The notes under the pieces: model-generated
Database searches by the model: none
What the model saw: the letters and a program-made list of their open reading frames with translations, nothing else
What the model was told of the DNA's origin: nothing
In this document: positions 35,984 through 46,375 of the stretch, in pieces
Position numbering within the stretch: the first letter of the stretch is position 1
How the letters are laid out: each line of letters starts with the position of its first letter
Translations under genes and position numbers: made by a program
From: a virus
IMG/VR virus record: IMGVR_UViG_3300022745_000021
Span: 40,960-104,959 of that record
Direction: 5' to 3' (one strand)
Length of the DNA: 64,000 nucleotides

Positions 35984-37063
35984 TTACGCTCCCACCTTGC
36001 AACGCGTTGCACTGGCAGCGCTGGCGGCCTGCAATCGGTCAAATTTCGCCCACACGCCGTCGGCGCCGGACCACGTCCCCCGGCTTGCGCCCTTGGAGTA
36101 TTCGGTCGCGCGGGTCTCGAAGAAGTTGGCGTGCTCGACGCCGTTGAGGAGCGGCGACAGCCACGGCAGCGGGTGCGCACTCTGCCCCGGGTGATAGCCG
36201 TAGAGGTTGGCGTCGAGCCGCAGCTGCGCCAGCCGCCAGTCGGCGAGGTAGCGGATGTACGCCTTGAGGTCGTCGGCCGTCATGCCCTCGACCGGCCCGG
36301 CCTCGAACGCGAGGTCGATGAACGCGTCCTCCAGCCTGACCGTGTTGCGGCAGCATTCGACGATGTCGTCGCGCACCGCCGGGGTCATCGCCCCGGTCTC
36401 GCGGCACCACTCATGGAACAGGCGGATGATGCCCTCGCAGTGCAGGCTCTCGTCGCGCACCGACCACGTGACGATCTGCCCCATGCCCTTCATCTTGTTG
36501 AAGCGCGGGAAGCCCATCAGCATCGCGAACGAACCGAACAGCTGCAAGCCCTCGGTGAAGCCGCCGAACATCGCCAGCGTGCGCGCCACGTCCTGCACGG
36601 TGTCCACCCCGAAGGTGCCCATGTAGTCGTGCTTGGCGCGCATGGCGTCCAGCTGCATGAACACCCCGTACTCGCTTTCCGCCATGCCGATCGTGTCGAG
36701 CAGGTGCGAGTAGGCCGCGACGTGGACGGTCTCCATGTTGGAGAACGCCGCCAGCATCATCTTGACCTCGGTGGGCTGGAAGATGCGCCCGTACTTGTCG
36801 TGGTAGCAGTTCTGCACGTCGATGTCGGCCTGCGTGAAGAACCGGAAAATCTGCGTGAGCAGGTTGCGCTCGGCGTCGGTGATCGTGCCGTCCACCCATT
36901 GCTTGCAGTCTTCGCCGAGCGGCACTTCCTCGGGCATCCAGTGGATTTGCTGCTGGCGCTGCCAGAACATATGCGCCCACGAGTAGCGAAAGGGCTTGTA
37001 GGCGGTGCTCGCGGTGAGCAATCCGGGGGTCGGGGCGGCGAGATTTGGGGCGTTTTCGATCAT
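35984..37063 (-). CDS. nrdB: ribonucleotide reductase class Ia beta subunit
   Basis: HWMPEEV, ETVHVAAY, EGLQLF, RDESLH, NFFETRATEY. Confidence 0.97.
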   Translation of the reverse strand: MIENAPNLAAPTPGLLTASTAYKPFRYSWAHMFWQRQQQIHWMPEEVPLGEDCKQWVDGTITDAERNLLTQIFRFFTQADIDVQNCYHDKYGRIFQPTEVKMMLAAFSNMETVHVAAYSHLLDTIGMAESEYGVFMQLDAMRAKHDYMGTFGVDTVQDVARTLAMFGGFTEGLQLFGSFAMLMGFPRFNKMKGMGQIVTWSVRDESLHCEGIIRLFHEWCRETGAMTPAVRDDIVECCRNTVRLEDAFIDLAFEAGPVEGMTADDLKAYIRYLADWRLAQLRLDANLYGYHPGQSAHPLPWLSPLLNGVEHANFFETRATEYSKGASRGTWSGADGVWAKFDRLQAASAASATRCKVGA

Positions 37064-37136
37064 ATTGGTAACCTACACGTGTTGCCCTTGGGGGTCAAGC
37101 GAAATGGGTGTCCCTGCACCGGGTTGCAATGGGTGT

Positions 37137-37177
37137 TCCGCACGTGATCCGCACGTGATCCGCACGCGATCCGCGCT
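37137..37177. repeat. short 11-bp tandem repeat (TCCGCACGTGA, about 3 units)
   Basis: tccgcacgtga tccgcacgtga tccgcacgcga tccgcgc upstream of nrdB. Confidence 0.6.
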
Positions 37178-37190
37178 GACGCAGGACAGC

Positions 37191-37226
37191 AAAAAGCCCG
37201 GAAGGGATTGCTCCCAACCGGGCTTT
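37191..37226 (-). terminator. intrinsic terminator
   Basis: AAAGCCCGG/CCGGGCTTT stem with a T-run on the minus strand. Confidence 0.7.
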
Positions 37227-37251
37227 CCGGGGCCGTGAGGCCGCAGCGCCG

Positions 37252-38595
37252 TTAGGCGACCTGCGCTTCCTCGGCACCCTCGGGGCCGTGCTCCCCTTGG
37301 GTCAGGTTCTCGCCCGCCTGCCCGACGATCTCGCCGTCCGCCGCAGTGGCAGTGAGCGTGACGCCAAAGCGGACCGCGACGACTTCGAGCATCGTCTGGA
37401 GGTCAACCGCCGTGCCCTCGGTCATCAGCGACCAGTCGTCGCAGATGTACTTGAACGCGTCCGACAGGTCCTCGGTTCCGGCCAGCGACTTGGCGTGCTG
37501 GAGGGCACGCTCGGCCGACGCCGCCGCATCGCTCTGGAGGCGGAAGTTGAACTGCGAGACGGCAACCTTTTCGTTGCTCCCCGCCGTCTGGCGCCGGGCC
37601 ACCTCGTAGGACGAACGGATGTGCGAGGTCAGTTCGTCGCGGGTGTGTTCCTTGGCGTAATCGACCAGCGCGTCGAAGTCCTCGGCCAGCTTGTCGGGGC
37701 TGACGTTGCCGACCCGGACGATCTGGATGGCCTTCGACCAGCCGATTTCGCGCAGGCGCTGTTCGTTGATGCCGGCGGCCTGCACCTGATCGAACACCGA
37801 GATCAGGTAGCGAGCCTTGCGGTAGTCGATCGCCAGTTCCGCCTTGGCATAGTCGGCGAACCCGCGCTTGCCGTCGTAGCCGAGCCGCTTGTAGACGCCG
37901 CTCTCCGCGACGTAGGCCAGCACGCCGCCGAGCGTGTAGTAGGTCTCGTCGATGCGGTTGGCGAGGCTCTTGGCCGCGATCAGCGCCGCGTCGGCCTCGG
38001 CCATTTCGTCCTCGCTGACCGATGCCAGCGCCGCCCGGACCATCGCCGAACGCATGCTGCCGGTGTGCTCGATCACCGCGAGATCGGTGCCGGTCGTGCC
38101 CTCGGCCGTGTCGTCGGAAGTGCCCTCGGCCGGGACCTCGGTCGTGTTCGCGGCGGCAGGCTTGATGGCCTTGCCCGCGTCCTTGGTGCCAGCTTCCTTG
38201 GCCGCCTTGGCAGCCGCCGCCTTGGTGGCCTTCGCGCCCTTGGCCGCGCCCTTGCCCTTGGCCGGGGCCTTGGCTTCGGTTTCCTCGGTCACCAGCGGAA
38301 GCTCGTCGCCCGGCTGTTCATCGACGCCCTCGCGGCCCTCGACAGCGGGGTCGATCTGGTTGGCTTCGTCGGGCTGGATCACCTCGACTTCCTCGGGGAA
38401 CAGCGTGTCGGTCTCGGTGACGTCGGTACGGGCGTTGCCCGCTTCGTCGAGCATATCGATCACGAGGCCGCCGTCGGGGTTGATCGCGCGGATGCGCACG
38501 GTGTCGCCCGCCGTCAGCAGCGGATCATCGACCTGATCGGTGTAGCCCTTGAAGCGGACCACCTGCCCGACGTTCAGTTCCTTCAGTTCAGCCAT
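37252..38595 (-). CDS. hypothetical protein (acidic/Ala-Lys linker, helical C-domain)
   Basis: MAELKEL start, GAGGAG SD, 447 aa. Confidence 0.75.
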   Translation of the reverse strand: MAELKELNVGQVVRFKGYTDQVDDPLLTAGDTVRIRAINPDGGLVIDMLDEAGNARTDVTETDTLFPEEVEVIQPDEANQIDPAVEGREGVDEQPGDELPLVTEETEAKAPAKGKGAAKGAKATKAAAAKAAKEAGTKDAGKAIKPAAANTTEVPAEGTSDDTAEGTTGTDLAVIEHTGSMRSAMVRAALASVSEDEMAEADAALIAAKSLANRIDETYYTLGGVLAYVAESGVYKRLGYDGKRGFADYAKAELAIDYRKARYLISVFDQVQAAGINEQRLREIGWSKAIQIVRVGNVSPDKLAEDFDALVDYAKEHTRDELTSHIRSSYEVARRQTAGSNEKVAVSQFNFRLQSDAAASAERALQHAKSLAGTEDLSDAFKYICDDWSLMTEGTAVDLQTMLEVVAVRFGVTLTATAADGEIVGQAGENLTQGEHGPEGAEEAQVA

Positions 38596-38699
38596 GGTAT
38601 TTGTCTCCTCTGTGATGTGCTGCCAACACGGTAGCGGGGTTTGGTCCGGTAGGGTTTCTCCCCGCCGATGCATCCCTTCTACAATGCGCGGGCTACAAG

Positions 38700-39383
38700 T
38701 CAAGCCATTTGCAACCCGGTTGCACTTTTTTCGGGCGGGTTTTCGGGCGGGTTCGGTCTGGCGCGCTCGCGCACCTTGGGCAGCGGCAGCGGCGCGACGT
38801 ACTCGATCTTGGCGAGACCCGCCGCGTGATCCTTGGTCGGCGGGGTGATCTGCCCGGTGAGCATGCCGGCGACGACGGCAAGGCTGGCGCTGTCCGCCAT
38901 GTCGTCCTGCGGGAGTTCAATGCCGAAGCGCTTGAACAGTTCGAGCGCGCCCGTGCCCTTCCCCTTCGACGCCCCGCTCCCGGTGATCGCCTTGAGCCAG
39001 CAGCCCTTGGCGGCAATCGCCATCGGCACGCCGATCTGGCCGAGCGTCAGCTTGATGATGCCGCCCAGTTCGCCGAGCGAGTGCGCATGACTGTTGGCCG
39101 AGCCGAACGAATACCCCTCGATCACGATCAGCTGCGCCTGATAGCGCAGGACCTCGGTCACGATCTGGTCGCGCAGCCATGCCAGCCGCGCCAATCCGCG
39201 CAGCGATCCCGGCGCGAACCGCTTGGTCACCGCCTGCCCCGCGATGAAAATCGTCAGCGCCGTGGACGTCAGCGACAGGTCGAGACCCATCACGCAGGTC
39301 GCCACCGGCAACGCATGGTCCTGCAAGTGCGTCTGCACCTTGGGTTCGACCGGCTTGGGCGGGTGGCGCGGGGATGTCGGCAT
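38700..39383 (-). CDS. ruvC: RuvC-like Holliday junction resolvase
   Basis: MGLDLSLTST, IVIEGYSFG, DDMADSASLA. Confidence 0.8.
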   Translation of the reverse strand: MPTSPRHPPKPVEPKVQTHLQDHALPVATCVMGLDLSLTSTALTIFIAGQAVTKRFAPGSLRGLARLAWLRDQIVTEVLRYQAQLIVIEGYSFGSANSHAHSLGELGGIIKLTLGQIGVPMAIAAKGCWLKAITGSGASKGKGTGALELFKRFGIELPQDDMADSASLAVVAGMLTGQITPPTKDHAAGLAKIEYVAPLPLPKVRERARPNPPENPPEKSATGLQMA

Positions 39384-39427
39384 GGGAAATTCCTTTAGGT
39401 GTTCGGGGGGCCGGTGTTCGGCGGGGT

Positions 39428-40450
39428 TCAGGGGACTTGGAAGCACGGCACCAGCGCCGGGCATTTCTTGGCGCGGGGGCGGTCGATAGCCGAGCAGCTG
39501 GTGAGGCGCGGCGGGGGCGTGCCCTCGGCGATGGCGTCGCGCAGGCGCACGGCGCGCTCCAAGGATCGTTCCAGCACGCCAACCCACCGGGCGGTGGTGA
39601 CGTCCACGTCGAACACCTTGTAGGGCGATCCCCAGCGGAACTCCTTCTTGGCGTAGACGAGGAGCACCTTGTCGTGGACGAGCAGCCCGGCCTTTTGCGC
39701 GAGGTAGCGATAGAGCAGCGCTTGGTTGATGTGCTCGGTCAGCGGCTCGGTGAGGCCGTCCCACTGGTCCGCCGTCATGGACTTGATCTCGACCGGGAAG
39801 AACCAGCGCGCGATGAACAGGCCCAAGTCGGGGTTGCCCACGATCTTGTTGTCGTGATCGAACCACGGCTGTTCGTGGTAGCGGTTGAGCGGCAGCTGGC
39901 ACGTCGGGCACAGCTTGTCCTGCTTCGGCCGGGCGCCGATGTGCACGCTCGCCTCGCACGCGCACTTCCACTGCCCGTAGACCTTGAAGCCGGTTGCATC
40001 CCCGTCGGTGATGTTGTCGCGGATGTGTGCTTCGGCGGCGCGGCCATATTTCCACATCAGCCGGTGCCCGCCGGTGACCGCCTCGAAGTCGATGCGGCCC
40101 TGCACCGCGTTCAGCACATAGTGCCGCTCGCACACGTCCGAGCAGAGCGTGCTGACGTGGGCATAGCCGGGCCGCCCGACGCGGCTGGCCTCGACGCGGC
40201 GATCCTTGTTGTCGAGCAGCGTCTTCAAGCGGTCGCCGGTGAGATCGGGCATCGCCGGACGGATCGCGCCGGTATAGACCGCCGGGGCCATCGGATCGTC
40301 GTCGGTGTTGCCCCCCTGCCCGGTGCGCCCGGCCATGATGCGGATGCCGCCGGTGGGGGCGATTGCAACTGGTTGCACCTCGCCGGTGCCCTGCCCCGCC
40401 GCGACGCCGGCCAGCTTGCGCGCGGCGATCCGCGCCAACAGCCCGGTCAC
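39428..40450 (-). CDS. Cas4-like PD-(D/E)xK exonuclease
   Basis: GNPDL..PVEIKS nuclease motif, QALLY, N- and C-terminal Cys ligands. Confidence 0.7.
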   Translation of the reverse strand: MTGLLARIAARKLAGVAAGQGTGEVQPVAIAPTGGIRIMAGRTGQGGNTDDDPMAPAVYTGAIRPAMPDLTGDRLKTLLDNKDRRVEASRVGRPGYAHVSTLCSDVCERHYVLNAVQGRIDFEAVTGGHRLMWKYGRAAEAHIRDNITDGDATGFKVYGQWKCACEASVHIGARPKQDKLCPTCQLPLNRYHEQPWFDHDNKIVGNPDLGLFIARWFFPVEIKSMTADQWDGLTEPLTEHINQALLYRYLAQKAGLLVHDKVLLVYAKKEFRWGSPYKVFDVDVTTARWVGVLERSLERAVRLRDAIAEGTPPPRLTSCSAIDRPRAKKCPALVPCFQVP

Positions 40451-40860
40451 ACGTCCTCCCGGTACTGCGCCAGCGCGGCGATGATGTCCGCGCCCGCCCA
40501 GCCGGGGAACACCAGACAGGTCTTGGGGTCGTGGCTCTGGTCGTCCACGACGATCTCCATGTAGGGGATTTCGGTGCTGCCCGCCGTGACGCTGGCCTCG
40601 ACCTTCTCGATCATGTCGCGGGTGAGTGAATAGCTCCGGTTCTTGGTGGTCTTGCACTCCAGCCGGAACAACCCGACGCCGCGCACATCGCCCTTCTCGC
40701 GCCCTGCCCCCGATCCGCGCACCGCCCTGACCTTGCTGGCGGGCGTTGCTGCCCGGCCCAGCGCCTTGACCGCGCGCGCCTCGTGGGCGCGGCCCTTGCG
40801 CTGGTTGTCGTTGGTGGTGTTACCCCCCAGACGCTTCGGGTTGCGGATCACGGGCGGCAT
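40447..40860 (-). CDS. Hjc-type PD-(D/E)xK resolvase/endonuclease
   Basis: GRAHE..GSGAGREKGDV..LECKTT. Confidence 0.7.
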   Translation of the reverse strand: MPPVIRNPKRLGGNTTNDNQRKGRAHEARAVKALGRAATPASKVRAVRGSGAGREKGDVRGVGLFRLECKTTKNRSYSLTRDMIEKVEASVTAGSTEIPYMEIVVDDQSHDPKTCLVFPGWAGADIIAALAQYREDV

Positions 40861-40864
40861 GGGT

Positions 40865-41065
40865 TCAGCGTACTTCCGTGACCGTGACGACAGCGGACGT
40901 GCGCACGTAGGACACGTCGTCAGGTCCGCTATCCGAGATCGAGACGACGTGCGCGTCCGCGTCGTAGATTGTGCCCATGGATTGCCCCCCGTCGATGCGC
41001 GACAGGACCACCCGCTTGCCAATCAGTCCGTGCAACCACGTTGCAAACGCTGCGTCTCGGCCCAT
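40865..41065 (-). CDS. small hypothetical protein
   Basis: ORF track, GGAGG SD. Confidence 0.5.
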   Translation of the reverse strand: MGRDAAFATWLHGLIGKRVVLSRIDGGQSMGTIYDADAHVVSISDSGPDDVSYVRTSAVVTVTEVR

Positions 41066-41068
41066 CAG

Positions 41069-42373
41069 TTACAACCTCCAGTTCTTGGTATCCATGCCCA
41101 TGATCCCCCGGGCGTGGCAGATCACTTGGTGCTTGAGCGCGTCATAATAGTCGAGATCGCTATACAAGTAGGCGACCATTTCTGCAAGCGATTTGAACTT
41201 CTCGTCGAGGTTCCACAGGCGGTACGGCGGCTTGCGGCCATCGTCGCCCGAGCCGGTGCACAGGCCGCGTTTCTTCGCCTCGCCCAGCACCGCCTCGGCC
41301 TCGTCGTAGGCGCGCTCGCCCAGCGGGTGGAACGGGTTGCGGATGAACGTGGTCTCGGCTTCCTTGAGGCCGTTGCCCAGCTTGTTCTTCATGCGCTTGA
41401 AGGTCATCAGGTTGTGGCTGGCCCCGCCGATGTCGAGACCGGTCGGCGAGTGGCTGTTCTTGCCGGTGACCACCTCCTCCTTGGCGAGGATGTCGTAGTG
41501 GTAGCTGGCGAGGTACGGCGTTGCCTTGCCGCCGGGCAGGACGCGCGGATCGCCGTACTGCACCATGCCCATGCGCCACTGGTTGACCAGTAGCACGGTG
41601 ACCCAGTGATCGCGTTTGCGCTCGTCGAGGATCGCTTGCTGGAGCTTGCGGCAGAAGCGGCTGACCAGCTGCGCGTACTTGCCCATGACGCTGTCCTCGG
41701 TCGATGCTTCGATCTCTTTGAGCGGGATCAGGCCGGCGATGCTGTCCACCATGACGATCGAGGTTTCACGGGCGCGCACGACGCTGTCCACGAGGTCGCA
41801 GGCGTCCTCGCCGGTGGTCGGCTGGATCAGCAGCAGGTTCTCGTTGTCCATGCCGCCCTTCGCCCCCCAGATCGGGTCGTAGGTGCCTTCGATGTCCACC
41901 TTGGAGGCGACCATGTCAGGGAGCGCCTTCTGGAAGTTGGCGGTGATCGCATCGCCCGTCGCCGACTTGCCGCAGTGCTGCCAGCCGGTGAGCATGGTGA
42001 CGAGACCCATCGGCACCCCGCCGAGCATGGCAAGGTCGAGCATGAAGCTGCCGGTGGTGCAGTGCCGGAAGGTCGGCCGGGCCGATGCGCGCATGATCGT
42101 GTGCGTGCCGAACCGCTTCTGGCTGGCCTTGAGCAGCTGCGCGATCTCGCTGTCCTTGTCGTCGAGCGGCGATGGCGGCGCGTCGGCGGCAAGGTCGAGG
42201 TCCAGCCCGGTCAGGTCACCGTCGAGGGTATCGGCCAGATCGTCCCCCGTGGGGCCTACACGTGTTCCTTCTGCAACGGGTTGCACTTTCGCGGCGGGTG
42301 CAGGACGGGCACGCTGGCGGACGCGGGTGGCAGGGAGCGCGGTGGCGGGCGTGGTCTCGGTGGTGTCGGCCAT
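41069..42373 (-). CDS. recA: RecA/UvsX recombinase
   Basis: TGSFMLDLAMLGGVPMG, GWQHCGKS, VDIEGTYDP, VDSIAGL, NQWR, PGGKA. Confidence 0.9.
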   Translation of the reverse strand: MADTTETTPATALPATRVRQRARPAPAAKVQPVAEGTRVGPTGDDLADTLDGDLTGLDLDLAADAPPSPLDDKDSEIAQLLKASQKRFGTHTIMRASARPTFRHCTTGSFMLDLAMLGGVPMGLVTMLTGWQHCGKSATGDAITANFQKALPDMVASKVDIEGTYDPIWGAKGGMDNENLLLIQPTTGEDACDLVDSVVRARETSIVMVDSIAGLIPLKEIEASTEDSVMGKYAQLVSRFCRKLQQAILDERKRDHWVTVLLVNQWRMGMVQYGDPRVLPGGKATPYLASYHYDILAKEEVVTGKNSHSPTGLDIGGASHNLMTFKRMKNKLGNGLKEAETTFIRNPFHPLGERAYDEAEAVLGEAKKRGLCTGSGDDGRKPPYRLWNLDEKFKSLAEMVAYLYSDLDYYDALKHQVICHARGIMGMDTKNWRL

Positions 42374-42412
42374 GGGGCAGTGCTTTCGTCAGGGGGAAGT
42401 GACCTAGATAGG

Positions 42413-42799
42413 TCAGGCAGGCGGCGCTTGCCAGTTGGGGGTGGTGTTGCGGGCGACCTCGCGTTCGAGCCAACGCTCGACGGTGTCGCTCATCATCGCG
42501 TAGACGCGGGCGATCTCGGTTTCCTCGGGCAGGCACGGCAGGGTAAGCTCGACGTCCACGCGCACCGAGTTGAAGTCGCCCATGTTGATGGTCTCGCCCG
42601 CCGCGAGCTTGAGCCGGGCGGGATCGGTCGGAAACGCGGGCACAAGGATGGTCTCGTTCACCACGGTCTCGCTCTCCGAGCCGTAGCGGGTCCGCTTCAC
42701 CCGCAGGTAACCTTCGACGTGGCCGGCATCGGCGCTGGCGTCGAGGCTGCGCACGCGCTGGCGAATGCGCGGGGTCGGGGTGGCGGCGGTCTGGGTCAT
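42413..42799 (-). CDS. conserved phage protein (TINMGDFNSVRVDV motif)
   Basis: MTQTAAT start, GAGGAG SD. Confidence 0.65.
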   Translation of the reverse strand: MTQTAATPTPRIRQRVRSLDASADAGHVEGYLRVKRTRYGSESETVVNETILVPAFPTDPARLKLAAGETINMGDFNSVRVDVELTLPCLPEETEIARVYAMMSDTVERWLEREVARNTTPNWQAPPA

Positions 42800-43269
42800 G
42801 GGGTCTCCTCTGTCATGGCCGCGAACAGCCGGTGGCGGGTTTCGGTGTGGTCGGCCCGGTAGGTCGAGGCCACGGTGTCGATGTGGTCGGCGAACACGCC
42901 GAGCAGGCGGTGCACCTGCGCCGGGGTGTACGTGTACGGCGCATGCGGATCGTCGCGCGCGGGCGCGGGCCACATGCCCTTGCCGATCACGTGGGCGACG
43001 TAGCCGCGTGCCCGGCCGAGCATCAGCGACAGGTCCTCGACCGAGTAGAACGCGTGAGCGTCCAAGGTCTGGTCGAGCGAGGCGCGGGCGTGGTTGACCA
43101 CACTGACGCCGGTGCGTTCCCGGTAGAGCGCGCGCTGGCGCTGCTTTTCGGCGAGCGCAACCGACGGGTCCTTGTAGCGTTCCTTGCGGCGCTCACGGTG
43201 CTTTTCGAGAACCTTGGGGTCCTTCCAGTAGTCCTTGCGCGCCAATGCAGCAGCCCTCATGACGATCAA
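42796..43269 (-). CDS. putative DNA-binding protein (MerR/excisionase-like HTH)
   Basis: FYSVEDLSLMLGR..WPAP..YT..QV. Confidence 0.5.
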   Translation of the reverse strand: MIVMRAAALARKDYWKDPKVLEKHRERRKERYKDPSVALAEKQRQRALYRERTGVSVVNHARASLDQTLDAHAFYSVEDLSLMLGRARGYVAHVIGKGMWPAPARDDPHAPYTYTPAQVHRLLGVFADHIDTVASTYRADHTETRHRLFAAMTEETP

Positions 43270-44891
43270 CCCTCCATCGCCATAATCGTGGCCCCGCTCT
43301 CGCGATAGTCCTTGCAGCGGCGTGCAAACAATTTCCGCGACATATTACAGCTATCGTCGAACGGCGTGCGCCAGTAGGGGTCCGGTTTTTCCGGTAATGG
43401 GCGGCGGATACGCCCAATCAACTGGGTAGCTTTACCTCGCGGCAGCAAGTCCATGCCGGCGTCCCAGCGCGGCTCGTCGATGCCCTCGACGATCATACCG
43501 TAGGTTGCGAACACGAGTTGGCAGCGTGTCTTGGCGTGGGTCAAGTCCTCGTCGGAAATGTCCGTCTTCTTTACTTGGGTAACCACCCGCCCCCGGTCGT
43601 CGCGCAGCGGCCCCATCACCGGGCGCGGCTTGCCGTCAACCCACGCGACGCGACTGGCGAGGATATGCGCGGTCCACGAGACGATCTCGCCGGTCGCCTC
43701 GTCGATGTCGCGCTCGATGTACTCGGCTACCACGAACGTCTGGGGCACGACGGGGCAGTACCTGCCGCCATGGCGCTGCCCGGTGAACTGGCCCATCGCT
43801 TCCTTGGGTATGCCCAGCTGGTGGCAGGCTTCCATCACCGCCTGCACGTGTTCGACGTACTCGGAAACGTAGAGGCCGTTACGCCCGGCGCGGTAGTCCT
43901 GCCGGATCATGTCGGCCAGCCAGCGGTTGCGGCGCTTGTCCTCGGCCATCGCCTTGAGCTTGGCGGTGGACGACTTGGCGCGATTGGGGGTGCGCGCGGC
44001 ATAGCGCACCGGGCGGATGGCGACGTCGAGCGCGGCGGCGTTGGAGCGCACCGCGATCCGGCCCAGATGGCAGAAGAAGATGGTCTCGCCGTTGTCGGTG
44101 CGCTCGACGGTCGCCGACAGACCCAGCCAGTGGTACGACGGAAACCGGAACGCGACCGGCGCGAAGAACTCGGTGCCGATCTTGTGCACCTCGTCGTAGA
44201 TGACGTGGCCGAAGTGCCGGTAGAACGCGCGCGGGTACTCGCGCTGCGCCACCGAGTGCAGCATACCGACGACGAAGTCCTTGCCCTCGTACTCGCAGCG
44301 ATCGGACTGGACCACGCCGATGCGCGACGGGTCCACGCCGAGCTTGTCGCCGATCTCGTCGTACCACTGGAGCATCAGCCGTTCAAGGTGGAGCAGGATC
44401 AGGGTCGGGCGGCGGATGACCTCACCCGCTTCGCGCAGGCTCACCACGGTCTTTCCGGACCCTGTTGCTGCCTTGGCGATGCCGCCGCGCTGCGTGGCGT
44501 GCAGGCGGCACAGGCCGTCGAAAAACTCGCGCTGCGCAGCGGGATCGAGCACGCGCGGATGGTTGAAGTCGGGGAGGCGCGGCACGGTGATCTCGTGCGC
44601 GCCGTGGGTGGTCTTGTCGAGCAGGTCGAGGCCCCTGCCCCGGAACGCCGTCAGCCCCCAAGCGCGCGGCACGCCGAGATATTCCCGCGCGGACCAGTCA
44701 TGGTAGAGCGCGATTTCCTTCGGCTGCCCGGGATCGGAGAACCGGGGCTTGAAGGTCAGGCGAGCCTTGAGTTGGTCGCGGTGGTGCCGCGCACCGATGA
44801 CCTCGTAGGGCACATAAAGCCACCCCGATAGGATCACCGGACGCGCGGAACCATTTACCGCTACGGGAGTTGCAACGTGTTGCACGGTCAA
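43266..44891 (-). CDS. superfamily 2 DNA helicase (UvsW-like)
   Basis: AATGSGKT, IYDEVH, GLSAT, EGID, QLIGRIRR. Confidence 0.9.
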   Translation of the reverse strand: MTVQHVATPVAVNGSARPVILSGWLYVPYEVIGARHHRDQLKARLTFKPRFSDPGQPKEIALYHDWSAREYLGVPRAWGLTAFRGRGLDLLDKTTHGAHEITVPRLPDFNHPRVLDPAAQREFFDGLCRLHATQRGGIAKAATGSGKTVVSLREAGEVIRRPTLILLHLERLMLQWYDEIGDKLGVDPSRIGVVQSDRCEYEGKDFVVGMLHSVAQREYPRAFYRHFGHVIYDEVHKIGTEFFAPVAFRFPSYHWLGLSATVERTDNGETIFFCHLGRIAVRSNAAALDVAIRPVRYAARTPNRAKSSTAKLKAMAEDKRRNRWLADMIRQDYRAGRNGLYVSEYVEHVQAVMEACHQLGIPKEAMGQFTGQRHGGRYCPVVPQTFVVAEYIERDIDEATGEIVSWTAHILASRVAWVDGKPRPVMGPLRDDRGRVVTQVKKTDISDEDLTHAKTRCQLVFATYGMIVEGIDEPRWDAGMDLLPRGKATQLIGRIRRPLPEKPDPYWRTPFDDSCNMSRKLFARRCKDYRESGATIMAMEG

Positions 44892-44918
44892 GCTACTAGC
44901 CTAAGCCATTGACTTTCC

Positions 44919-45965
44919 TCAAAATGGAATATCGTCGTCAAGGTCGTCGGCGAAACCGTTGCCGGTGGAGCCACCCTCGCCGCCCGTGCCGCCTTCACCC
45001 GCGCCGGACGCGCCGGACGCTGCGCTGCGGATGGTGCTGCCGCCGAAGCCGCCCGTGCCGGTGCCCGAGTTGCCGTCGTCGAACTGGTTGCGGGAATAAC
45101 CGGACGAGCCGGGCAGGCCCGAACCGCCGCCAGCCGCGCCGAGATTGAAGCGCAGGCGGATCGCCTCGGCCGACGGCTTGGGGAAGGCGCGGGCGTAGTC
45201 GATCGGGTAGCAGTCCTCGTTCTCGACCTTGACCAGCTTGTTGTCCTTCTCGGTGTAGATCGCCGGGTGCGAGAACGTCTCCATGATGTCCTTTTCCGAG
45301 CAGCGCTCGACGAACACCGGCAGGCCAGTGCGCAGGCTCTGGTCGCCATTACCGCGCTTGAACACGACGTGGACACCGCGCAGCGGCGCATCGACGTGAC
45401 CCGCCTTGACCTGCTGTGCGCGGATCGTGCTCATCATTTCCATGGCATCGCCCTTCAAGGAGACGAGGCGGCGCTGGTAGGCGTGCTGGGTGCCGTTCTT
45501 GTCGGTCCACGGACGCAGCACGTCGATGGTCAGGTAGGTGTTGTAGGACGGCGACAGGCCGACCTCCTGTTCGAGCGGATCGACCTCCCACTGGCGCGGG
45601 CTGGTGACGTACTGTTCGATCGGCCTGCCATTCTTCGGGTTCACCCGCTTGAAGCGGTCGTTGAACGTCAGGTCGTGCTCATACAGGCCCGGACCGAAGT
45701 CGTTGTCGAGGATGATCGCATCGACCTCGTCGCCCTTGGGCAGGAACAGGCGGTAGGGCACGCCGTACTCGGCCTGACGCTCCTCGCGGCGCTGCGCGAC
45801 GTATTCCTGATGCTTCTGGTGACCTTCGATGGCGGCGGCGCCGGTGGTCATCCAGTCGGCGGTTGCGCCGGGGTTCTGCTGCGCGGGGCTGGCATTGCCG
45901 GCGTTCGGGTTCGGGTTACGCGACCGGGCGCGTACCGACGGCTGGGTCGTGGAGGTGATTGCCAT
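44919..45965 (-). CDS. single-stranded DNA-binding protein
   Basis: Gly-rich tail ending DDLDDDIPF; position in the replication block. Confidence 0.7.
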   Translation of the reverse strand: MAITSTTQPSVRARSRNPNPNAGNASPAQQNPGATADWMTTGAAAIEGHQKHQEYVAQRREERQAEYGVPYRLFLPKGDEVDAIILDNDFGPGLYEHDLTFNDRFKRVNPKNGRPIEQYVTSPRQWEVDPLEQEVGLSPSYNTYLTIDVLRPWTDKNGTQHAYQRRLVSLKGDAMEMMSTIRAQQVKAGHVDAPLRGVHVVFKRGNGDQSLRTGLPVFVERCSEKDIMETFSHPAIYTEKDNKLVKVENEDCYPIDYARAFPKPSAEAIRLRFNLGAAGGGSGLPGSSGYSRNQFDDGNSGTGTGGFGGSTIRSAASGASGAGEGGTGGEGGSTGNGFADDLDDDIPF

Positions 45966-45970
45966 GAGGA

Positions 45971-46375
45971 TTACTCCTTGTCTCTAGGGCCATTTCGGCG
46001 TTCTTCGATTAGCCTTTCGGCTTCCAATTCCGGCACGTGCCGGTTGTGTCCGTCGAGGCCGCCGGGGCGGCTACCCAGACACTCACCTACACGTTGTAGG
46101 ATACGTGCTAACTGTGGAGCAACAGTAAGCGCAAACCCGGCAGTAATCAAGCTAAAAGGGCTGATTTTGCTACCTACATTCCAAAAAAATGCGCCCTTGC
46201 CCTCCCATGCGACAAGGATTTTACCCGCGCCCTCGGGGCCTTGATCCATATCGAGCACCCGGCTCGACACGAACGCCAGCGGCGTTCCCCCCGCGTCGGG
46301 GATCACGGCAGAGCCGGTGCGTTGCAGCCGGTTGCAAAGTTCCTCGATCATCATGTCGTCGTCGGGGATGTCCAC
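45971..46375 (-). CDS. hypothetical protein (AT-richer)
   Basis: ORF track, GAGGAG upstream; atypical codon usage. Confidence 0.5.
   Translation of the reverse strand: MDIPDDDMMIEELCNRLQRTGSAVIPDAGGTPLAFVSSRVLDMDQGPEGAGKILVAWEGKGAFFWNVGSKISPFSLITAGFALTVAPQLARILQRVGECLGSRPGGLDGHNRHVPELEAERLIEERRNGPRDKE

Noticed and set aside
37137-37177. 11-bp tandem repeat upstream of nrdB as a regulatory system
   Set aside because: It is a single short occurrence that could be slippage; listed as a repeat only.
39428-40450. Cas4-like gene as evidence of CRISPR-Cas
   Set aside because: Solo Cas4-like nucleases are common in phage recombination blocks; no array or other cas genes are present.
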